Positions 38,420 to 49,226 of a stretch of 64,000 bases of DNA are shown in pieces. The stretch is from Tubiluchus corallicola. Its lineage: Eukaryota; Animalia; Priapulida. Positions within the stretch are counted from its first letter, which is position 1, and every line of letters begins with the position of its first letter. Under the pieces are notes generated by a model that was not told where the DNA came from, ran no database searches, and saw only the letters and a program-made list of their open reading frames with translations. Location: positions 558,001-622,000 of the forward strand of contig JAQGDQ010000098.1 of the NCBI GenBank assembly GCA_030141605.1, in the 5' to 3' direction. Position numbers and translations under genes: made by a program.

Positions 38420-39270
38420 CGGTTCACTGGCTTCACTTCACCGTTTCCAAGGTGTGCAGAACCTGTATTAGATGTGCAAGAGCAGATTATTTTCTTCTGA
38501 CGTCATTATATGGTCATTCCTGGTTCTGTAAACGAGTGTCACCCTTTCCCTTCATTACATTTCGTTATAACAGATATACGTTTTTTCTTGATTCTATAAT
38601 TTCTCTAAATGCTCTTACTAATCGTTCAAGGGTTTCTATTTCTGTGTTTTATAGTCTCTATCCTTACATTATACTGTACTAGTATTATATTATTTTTTCT
38701 AACCAAAACTCGCCTTATCCGAAACTTACAGTTTCTAGACGTCTAAAACATTAGGTAATCAATATTTGCCTTGAACCTTTGTAAAACGGGAGCATAATTA
38801 GCATTTAAATTTTGCACCTAATCGGCGAGTGCAATAAGCAAAATCTTTTTCATTCATTCCGTGGCGCACGTACTCTGACATGACTCTTGTGATCACTAAG
38901 GGTGAGCACTCTCTACTAGAAAGCGAATTCGAATTGAGTTTGAAAGTTTTTCGAATAAGTTTTTGAACAACTAGTAAAAAGTGGTCTTCAGAGGTTGAGC
39001 AGTCATTGGCTCTACTTCACCTTTTCCAAGATGAGCGCAGTAAACCTATTAAGTGTGCAAAAGCAGATTATTTTCTTCTGATGGCATTATATGGTCATTC
39101 CTACTTCTGCATATGAGCGTCATCTTTCCCATTCATTTCATTCTGTTGTAGCAGCTACATGTTTTCTCTTGATTTCATAATTTCTCCAAAATTAATGCTG
39201 TTACTAATCGTTGAAGGGTATCCATTTCTGTTGTTTTTATAATCTCTATATCCTTACATTATACTTATTT
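38420..39270. repeat. Diverged direct duplication of about 260 bp (38420-38680 and 39005-39270), possibly part of a decayed retroelement ORF1
   Basis: Shared blocks such as CACTTCACC.TTTCCAAG, AGCAGATTATTTTCTTCTGA..CATTATATGGTCATTCCT and TCTCTAT..CCTTACATTATACT. The adjacent 39270-39800 reads on the minus strand as broken, coiled-coil-like coding sequence. Confidence 0.75.
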
Positions 39271-41371
39271 ATTATTCTTTTGAACTCTTCACAACTTAAT
39301 GGATGTTCTGTGGCACTTCCTGAATTCTGCACTTAGGATATAGTAAATCTTCCAATTTGTTTCCTTTGTAATTGCATTTCAATTCTTTCATATTTGATTT
39401 AATGGAAGTATATTTCCTATATCTGCAAGACCACGCTCTCTGATATATCGTTGTTTCTCCTACTCTCACCATCAACAAATCTTAATTTTGTCGTTCTCTG
39501 TACTTTATCTTTATGTTCCTGTAATATTTCTTAATTTACAGCTTTTTTAATTAATTTTTTCCATGTTTTTTCTCCATTTTTTATTGGATTATTCCATTTC
39601 TTAATTTTCCGTCTGTTTTTATTGTCTTTTTTCTTAGTAAATTTCGTTTTCATATAAATAAATTATTTAGTTTTCTTCAAGCTAAATGTTAAAATATCAA
39701 CATCGTCTTTACAATTATCATTAATGATGTGAGTAAGATCTTTTACTTCATGTTGGAGTTCAATCAGTTCTCCTTGCAAAGTTACGTTAGCAAATCGGAC
39801 ACAAGACTATTTTATTTATTTATTTAACCATACCATTACGTAAGGTTATGTAAAAACTAGCTAACCTAGGCTTAATTAATGTAAGGATACGTAATTGATT
39901 TAATATGACTACTGTATTTTGGTATTTGCGGAAAAGCAGTGTCGTACATGGGCAGCCCAAGTAGGGCACTAGTGATTTCTGTCGAGAATCGAGATTTATG
40001 AGATAATAAAACACAAACTAAATATGTTTTAGAAAAAAGTAACTTTATAATAATGATGGATAGTCCTTGACAATTTACAAATGTATTTTTTACAACAATA
40101 TCATCATTATTTTTAGCCCCATTAATAATTATCATCATAACATTAAACTAAGTATCTAACGCTTTAAAGAGAAAAACTACATAGAGACACACATAACTCG
40201 CTAACCCGTTTACTTAGTAGAAACCAGTTATTTGTTCAAGAGGGAGTGAAAAGGATCAACTATCTGTGAAGCAAGACAAAATAAAAAATGATATACCTGA
40301 AGCAAATGTTGGAATGCCTAAAAAGTGCACTTATTTCACTTCAAAGAAAATTAATATTGGCAAAATTATACTAGCTCACAATAAAATTCGTTTATTTTAT
40401 CAGATGTATAATAAATTATTCAACGTGTATTGACGTGTTTAATTATTATTATTATTATTACATAAACAAGGACAACGGACGGTGCCAGTACGCTTAACGA
40501 CTCAATTCGCGACTTGTCTGAGTTGTCTCTAGTGTCCTACTTGGGCTAGCCCATGTACGCCAATTGTCCTACTTCAGCTAATGCATTACTTGGCTCCCAA
40601 CAGCTAATGTGTACCTCTTAAAACTTATCAGTTTTGCGATCTGACGAACAGTTTTGCAGAACTGAGAGAGACTTAGTTTTGAGTTGCTAGTACTCGGTGG
40701 AGGCAGAGTTTTGGAAAACAGTAATTTTGGTGTTCGTGTTTCATTGATCATGAATAATGGTGAACTCAGTCAATGAGCGTTTATCTTTGTTGGAGGCTCA
40801 ACCTGGAGTTGTCAGTAATCAAAATTATTTCTTTGCTTAGGAGCTATGAGTTCGTAGTCTCTGAAATCAAGTTTATTTTTCTCTGTAACATTTCAGAAAC
40901 ATGTGCATGTGATAAAAATATACAAACATAATTAGAGTAATAAACGTGGTAATAAAGTAAATATAAATTAAAAAGTCACAAGTCTGTTACCCTTTATTTG
41001 GCAATAGGAAGATTGAATAATGATGTAATTGTAGATAATATATGCATAATTTTCATCTGTATTAATTTGATAAGTTTTTTATATACATTATCAAGTTATT
41101 TGCGTCAAAATTAAATACATGAGTAAAGCATATTTTTTAAAAAAGATTGAACAAAATTAACGTTGTTTTGAAAAGACCCATGGCATGACCTTTAGCAGAA
41201 CTTGAAGTATAGATGGAAATTAGATGCATTAAAAAATGAGTGCGGCATGGTACATTGTGGGGTTTGCTTTATAGAGTTTATCGTTATATTCTCCCCCTTG
41301 TGTGCAATTTTCTGGCACGTCCTGTCATCAGTTTGAAAGGCGATTTATTACATTTTATTGTACGTGCTTAA

Positions 41372-42356
41372 CTCCTTCACGACAACGAATATTTGTATAT
41401 TCTTGACATACCCGGGCAAAAATGCCCATAATGGCCTAATTGTTGAGATACTAGTGCAAAAATATGTATTTTCTAAAGAGAATTGAATTTTCTTTCTAAC
41501 ACTGTCAATGAAATGTTTAGATTCCTTTATTTATTTGAGTAATTAACAGGATGCTACAAAGTAGATAGTTTGTATCTAAAACTGTTTACTTAAAAACTAT
41601 AGAGCATTCTTTTCTGTGCAAGAGTTTGCAAAAAGTATTCAAATCACTCTAACTTTGTAAAGTTGACAGCTGTTCAAATGCGCTAAGGTGTTATGAAATT
41701 TGTACAGGAATATAACAGCTTGCTACAGATGAGTCTGCCCTGCATGGCTATTGAATTGACAGTTGGCACTCCTGCCATGATATGTAGTTGTATAGAATTT
41801 AGCGTGAATCGTATTGTATTATGAATTTGTTTACTTACAACAGGTTTTTCAAAGGATGAAAGTTTGTAACAGATTATTACAGAAGTGATAAGTCCAGCAG
41901 TGATGTTGTACAAAAAACACAAAAATGCTGTTAATATTTTTTCATTCTTTGTATTGTACATTCAAAAGCACAATAATGTTCAAGCGTGTTCAAAGTACAG
42001 CTCACTGTCAGCACTTTCTGTTGTTACATTCTGTGAACAAATGCCCAGATGATAACAAAAATTACGTTAGCGGTGCTAATAATAGCCTGTGCTAATGAGT
42101 GAAAGGCAGATCAATGTTTGCTGCTACATGAGATGCTATACAAGTGCAAAGCAAAACTTTTGTTCATTAGTTTGCAAAAACTTCTTCAAAGACTGACAAC
42201 GAAGAACACAAAAGAACATTTTGTTCTAATATGTAATTTACTTGTATTTTAGCTGCTTCTTTCAAAATTTCATTAGATTTCATTGAATGAGTTAATAAGA
42301 CATTGTTTTTACCCATCACAGACGACGGGTGAATGTATGTACCCATCGGGAAGGAG
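41372..42356. mobile_element. Non-autonomous piggyBac-type element, about 985 bp
   Basis: TTAA|CTCCTTCACGA at 41368-41382 and TCGGGAAGGAG|TTAA at 42346-42360, i.e. a 10/11 TIR match with TTAA target-site duplication. No transposase ORF. Confidence 0.75.
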
Positions 42357-42990
42357 TTAAACAGGGATAATCATGTAATAAGATTTCTGGCAAATCATGC
42401 AAAATTCTCAGGTTACATAATTCTTTTATAAGCAGAATAGTATATTATGTGATGTATTATATTATGATCAGCTGTTTTGTGTTCAAAATATTATATATTT
42501 TTCTAAAAATTCATTGCAGGAAGACAGACACTTGTTTTCGCTTCTGGAATTTCATTAACTGCAATTATAACTCATAATACTAATACTTATTCGTGGTGCA
42601 ACATTAAGACCCTTCATTAATACTTTCATGTACAATGTGAGTCATCTGAAATGGTGTAGCTGTTATAATTATATTGTGTGAAAATGAATGTAAATTGCAA
42701 TGTTATTATGAAATAAAATTCACATTTAGCTCACCTTTGCACCTACCCCATCAGTTTGACACTTGTTATGGTTCTAATTTTAGTATCTTTGTGTAAGAAA
42801 CCCAAAACTGGGTTGTATCATATGCTCAGTCTCTAAACAACTTTTTTGTGGTGCTTGCCACTTTAACTACAGTGACATGTTAAACAATTTACATTTGCAA
42901 GAGTGCACCTTTACATTACTATTATCATGATGTAAACACATTTTTTATACTTTATTGTCATTCTTATTTGTATGTTTTGCAGTAATTGCA

Positions 42991-45900
42991 ATGTCACGCT
43001 TCCTTTTCTACCCAACATTGTTTTATAATGTTGTTATGGAAAAGGTTTCATCTCGGAGATGGTATGACAGAATTACACCAGTTGTGATACTTGGAGCATT
43101 ACCATTCAGAAGTCAAACAGCTGAGGCATATGTTTCTTTGTTTATACTGCATAAGTTGCACAGCAAATAATTGAGAATTTGTGCTACACAAACAAAAGAA
43201 GTCAGAGTGCAGAAAACTTCAGAGTTATAGACCAAGAGTTACTGAATATTGCTGAGAATTGCACTTTTGAATTTTTTTTGGAAAAAATTGTGCACTAAAG
43301 AATGAAAATATTTTATTAGTTTTGCTTTTTTAATGTCATAATAGTTTAACACAAGATTTTACAGATTTTTTGTGAACTTACATATCACTTAAAAGTTATC
43401 CAGTGATAGTGAGCACCAAGAAGCACTCAAGTCCAATTACTGCTCTTATAATAATCTCATTTGCTCTTATGATCTCATTTACGCAAATCACTTACTGCCA
43501 TTTTGATGACAGAATTCCTGTGTACACTGTGTATGAATACCAACCAATGGTGTTTAATATTAAATAAACTGTAGTTGAAATTGTCAGTAAAGAGTGCCTG
43601 CTATTAACTAACTGCTGTGTCTGGTCTAATGTTATACATGGTTAGAAAGCTTATAAAGTTCTGTTAAACCATGTACTTTTTTGTCAGGTGTTTTTAACGA
43701 GAAGAAAAAATGCTTTTAGCAGTTTTTAGTAAATTGCTTTCACAGGAATTCAAAGCGTTTTTAGAGCCAAAATTAGACAAGGTTACAAGTCACGAAGTTT
43801 TCATGTTGGTTGTCAAAAGAAAGAAGCCATGCAATCTGTCAAGCGATCATATCAGTGCATTCATTTATTGGTATTTAGACTGATAACCTGTGGGTGCTTA
43901 TTAGACCAGATTTGCACTAACACAGGACAGAACTATATATATTTTTGAAAAGGCAAAATTTATCACATGGTAAAAAAAGCCTTATTCACAGACTTACACT
44001 TTTATTTACAGTGGAGCATAAAGTAACAAAAATTTCATTTTATTCTCTACCGTTTGTAGTTGATCAGTGAAGAGGGAGTGCGTGGTGTAATTGCAATGAA
44101 TGAAGACCATGAATTACAACACTGGGTTAACAGCGCACAAGTAAAGCTCTTTCTTATTATTCACATAATAATGTTTTTAAAGGACAAGAAAAGGGTACCT
44201 GCAATAGGTTTCAGAAAAATCGCCTTAAAAAATATTTTATTTTATAGCAATTTTATGCGTACATCGTACTCGCATTAAAAGAAATTTTTATTTGTCTGCA
44301 TTCTAAATCTTCTGCAATATTGTTCCGACGGCGGCATTCTATGCAAACATAAATCAGGGGAAGAAAAGACATTGTTACATTATGTCCCAAAAAACTTTCC
44401 ATGTAAATCTATATCACTTAGCATTTCGCACTGCTGGAAAGACTTATGTAACTAGAAATAATAATTTAAAATGTTTGTGCCAGTTGGTAAAATGTCGCTG
44501 ACTCATCTTCCAGGGTGCACCACTCACTAACCAAAAACGTATTTTTAATCTTATTAACAAGATACAGTAATTTAAAATTTTACTTTGTTAGCAACATGTA
44601 TGCTTAGAATGTTCTGATTATATTTTGAAACTTTACTCAGTGTTATCTAAACTTGTTTCAAATGACCTACCATCAAAATGGCTGTGACTGATGGTCATCG
44701 CGGGAGTTTCAATTTATACATTTTATACCGCGCTACGGCCAACTTAAACCCTGCATGCAAAAAGGCAGTATGTAAGTGGTATAAAATTTCAAGACGAATT
44801 TTTCTAGCTTTATGTAAGTGGAGGGCTTTCTTGTGCTTTAAACATTTTTATATCTAATGTGCCTATAAAAGATCCATGGCAATGGTAAATGGCATTCTAA
44901 AGGACATTTACCAGACAATTGGGCATTGCATGTTACTGAAGTTTATACCTTTTACAAATGCGTGCAAGTAAAACATATTTGTGCAAACAAAACAAAACAA
45001 AACAAAACGCACATATAGCAAGTGAGTAGAGGTAGTCGTCAACTTGCATAACATGCAACTTACGACTGCTCGACTTTACGCCCGACCACAACTTGATAAT
45101 TAATTATACAAAACTAATTGTAACTCGCATTTTCTTTTTTAAGCAAATTACATGTAATTTTAAATTGCCTTTCATAAATTCATCCATAGGTACCACCATA
45201 TCAGTGTGCATACATGCCCTACATTTTACGCATTTCATTATTCACCTGTTTTTGATTAATATTTATGAAATAAAAACGAAACCTAACAGCAACATTCTGT
45301 TCTGTAACCGAAAGGAAACTATCAGTAAAGTGGATCAATAAAGCTACTTTTAAGAAAATTTTTTTGTAGTGAGATACTCCCATTTATTTCAATGTTTTTT
45401 TTTGTAAAAATATGAATGAATGCCTGGCTAACTTTAATTATTTTTGTTTGCTTCTAGGAGTGGGGGAAAGCTGGTGTGATATATCTACAACTAGCCACAG
45501 CAGATTTTCTTACAGCTCCAACTCAAGATCAGATTAAGCAAGGCATAGATTTCATTAGTAATTTTGAGTCTACGGGTTACAGCGTTTATGTGCATTGTAA
45601 GGCTGGACGAACTCGGAGTGCAACATTGGTTGCTTGTTATTTAATGCAGGTGACGATGCGCATAACCTCTCTTTAATGATATTTGTTATAATTATTTGCA
45701 TATGAGGCTGTTAAAAATCACTTCATTGATAGACAAAGGGGTCAGTGAGCTTAAAATTATAGAACTTGAACTCTGGGATGAAACTTAGTAAGATAAATCT
45801 CTTATTAAGAGTCTTCCTGCTTTAGAGCCTTTAAGAGGCTTCTTTTAAGAGTTACTAGGTTGCCTTGCAGGTGTTATACGTGCTTCAGCTGAAGATCTTT

Positions 45901-46664
45901 CCACAAAATTATCACACCTAACTGAGATCAAGGTTTGATCAGGTTGTTTTTGTCCCCCTTGCTAAATTTTCGCTATCATTATATTTTGTTTTTTCTCACA
46001 GCCTTTTGCTTTTTGTTTGCTTTCCAGAGTTGCTACTATACAGAAGCTTTTAGCAGTATTGTATTTTTGTCCCTACTAGTGTTATGTTTTGTATTTGGAC
46101 TGTTCTCTTGACTAAGCTATGGGAGCTGCTTTCATGTCAATAGGGTGTAAAGGTATCTCCATACTTGGCTTCTTGGGAGAGTCAGTACTTTGCCCGGCGA
46201 CACAGTTTGTATTTTAATACGGAATGTATTGTTATATTATTAATTTATTTTTGGCTGCCCACTTGCAAATATTAATTAGTTTCCTTATTGTTATATCAAA
46301 AGAACTACATACTCATCAAAGCAATATACACACTTACACATCACATAGCCATGCCACAGTCGGGATCACCAGGAAATACCTAACCAGGATCTGCTGACAT
46401 TCTGCAAACCCAGCTGCTATCGTTTTTTTCCACTTTTCCTGTGTCTTCGAACTCTACCTTTAATACAACTTCTTGCATTCTGCGATTTGCTACCATGATG
46501 AAGCGTGATTAATATTCATTTACAGGTATTTTTCTGTACAGGTAAATAAATGGAATCCAACACAAGCATTAAACTACATCAAGGAAAAACGACCACATAT
46601 CATCATGAGAGAGGCTCATAAAGCCGCTGCAATGCAGTTCTATGTAGATAATGTAAAATCATAG
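42991..46664 (+). CDS. PTPMT1: Mitochondrial phosphatidylglycerophosphatase / dual-specificity phosphatase PTPMT1, about 176 aa
   Basis: Exons 42991-43125 (or 43131), 44060-44140, 45458-45649 and 46542-46664. Motifs: [36 protein letters not shown], catalytic [20 protein letters not shown], and KRPHI. Confidence 0.93.
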
Positions 46665-49075
46665 ATTTCTGAACCGTACTTTTAAAAAAAATGTTGTGAT
46701 TTTGTTTTATACTGAGTCTGATGTGAAAGTGCTTTGTACCAAAGACCGTTTAGAGAAATTTCTTGAAAAATAAGTGATATAGTTTTGCTGATGTGTATAA
46801 TATTTGTACCATGTGATGTTTAGAAAAGTGCTTTTGTTTAGCTAGTCTAGTCCTAATTAATTATTTTTGTGGAATTATTGTTATTTCCTTACTACTATCG
46901 TTATACAGAATTATGGCAAAATAAAGATTAGGTTAGATAGGATTGGATTCTGTATTTTGACAGCTAGGTCACAAATTATACAAAAATACACACACAATTA
47001 CAAGTACTGTACATAAAACGTGTGTTTATTTCTCGATATACACTCAAAAATACATGTATGAAGTTATGTAAATATAACCGTAATAAAAGTATGTTCTTAA
47101 AATGACATACATGTACTTATAATGATATGATTATGTACTTTATTATACATATGGTATGGTGCTTAAACCGCCAAATATGTGATAACAACTCAGAATCGTT
47201 AGATACTTGGCTAATTATTTGTAATATCAACTGTGTGTTTATTAATAACTAACTGTTGATGTTTCAAATGTGATTTCAAATGTAGATATCATAATCATTT
47301 CACATTTTAAGTCATTGAAGAATGTTTAGTAAGTCATAAATTAGAAACAGTCACTAACATATAAAATCTCTAGTTTTTGATTACAATGTTAGTCTTTCTT
47401 TTTTTAATGCGAGCTATAATATATTTTAATATTTAGTGATGGAATAGTACTTATAAATTTGAGAATATTCATGGTAGTTAACCATTTTTGTGGCTGAAAT
47501 GCTTTTTTCTTATGATTGTTAGAAGTTACAAGTTATTGCCATACTGTAACAAATGTTGTAATGTCTTAAACTGAGCGATTTACAGTTTAGCAAATGCAGG
47601 CGTAGAACCATTCTGATAGCATTGCGTTCACTCAGTGAGGGCACTTGTAGACTTAATTGCTGGTCAATTTAGAAAGCTAAATACTGGAGAAAATTAAATT
47701 GTTTTTCTTGTCAAAAGTAACTTGATAATTTAATAATAATGATAATCTTTGGTCGTTTAGGATTTTTTAAAACGGAAGTAAATCTATACATTATCAGTAA
47801 CCTCATGTGAAGATGTATTTACAATGTACTCATGTGATACTTTTTATAAATTTGGACAGATTTATACACCCAAAATAAAACCAAAACATTCAATTCTGAA
47901 AAACTATAAAGAAACTCTGGGTGACAACAGTCATAATTTAAATAGTATTAAACAAGAATAAATTGTATAGACAACTTTTGAAAAAATGTAATTCAGTAAT
48001 TAGAGAACAATACAGCACATAAGCTACAGAAACAATTTTCATGTTTTACTCAACAAGCTAATTATTATAAAAATATGTATGTGTAGAACAAAATTCAAAA
48101 AGATCTGGACAGTTATGAAAAAAAATAATGCACACAAATATAGAAACTATGAAATAGTAAACTTGAAAATTAAATAATGAAATTGTCACGGATAATAGAA
48201 TAATAACTAGTGCCTTTAATGATTATTTCGTAAACGTAGGTGAATCCCTGGCAAAGAATATCGAACCAGTGGCTGAGGATAAATCTGAGGGGCAGTTACA
48301 GTGTACTAACACATCTTATTTACATCCAAATACCCACGCCAAGTAATAAATATCTGTAAAACTTTAAATCTTAATAAAAGTGAAGAAGTTGATACTTGAC
48401 ACATTTGTATGTTTTTATACGACTTAAGATTTCACAAAGTATATCTCTTTGGTTTCTATGGCAAAGCGCACGTAGCGTTCTAGACCCACCAGCATGTTCT
48501 GTATTTGGCACACATTCTTTTATGAACGATCAATACTTTTTTGACCTTGGTGAACGGTGTCCGTTTGCCCAGTGTTTTAGAACTAGCACTGGTTAATTGC
48601 GGGGGAAGTACAATCACTCGCGGGAAAATTTCCTTGTAATAATTATCGAAGCTTGCTGTAAGCAAGATTTAGATACATTACTTAAGCCTAAGATTTGAAA
48701 TTTGCCTGGAATAACCAGAGGCTCTTTATAACATGCCTGGTTAGATATCCAAAATACACAGACATGGTAGGTTACGGGTACCAGGGCAGCATGGACTAAA
48801 GTGATTGCAAGGGTCATATCAGAGGACGTTTGACTCCAGAGGTGACGATGATAATGTTAAATGGATTATATCTATTTCCATTGATGACGTCAAAGCTGCA
48901 ATAATGCTTTTTTATTTCAAATCCAATATTTAATTTTTTAATACCTTCTTAATCGTGTGAAACCTCGGTAAATTTCTAAAAGTTATAGAGATATGCATCC
49001 AGAAATCCAGATCGTTGCAGATGAAAACTTCTTTTACGCGGTGCGTCTCGTTATTCATAAAACATCACGGCAGCT

Positions 49076-49083
49076 CCACGTCA
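49076..49083. promoter_or_regulatory. UPRE/XBP1-ATF6-CREB3-type site CCACGTCA upstream of TMED7; full CRE TGACGTCA at 48885-48892
   Basis: Exact match to the reverse complement of TGACGTGG, about 150 bp upstream of the ATG of an ER-Golgi trafficking gene, within a CpG-rich patch. Confidence 0.5.
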
Positions 49084-49226
49084 CTTTCGCCGTAGCCTAC
49101 CATAAGTGCTTATTATAATCTTGTCATGGTTTTGCAGTTATTTTTTTACTTTTAAAATTATATTTATTTGTTGTATAATTCTATTATTAATTGGCGTGTC
49201 AGGTGTTTTGTGCACAAGCTCTTACA

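Noticed and set aside
45025-45095. Pogo-like MITE end (GGTAGTCGTCAACTT..ACTTACGAC); similar fragments at about 15300-15420, 17215-17305, 25160 and 49757-49830
   Set aside because: Mostly single ends or very short inverted repeats, so boundaries could not be defined.
48683-48692. TAAGCCTAAG could template the nematode telomere repeat TTAGGC
   Set aside because: No convincing adjacent pseudoknot or H/ACA end; a similar 9-mer occurs at about 18871 in an intron, so chance is likely.
48842-48892. SECIS-like hairpin (ATGA...AAA...GA)
   Set aside because: Helix II spacing and pairing are wrong, and no upstream gene has an in-frame TGA.
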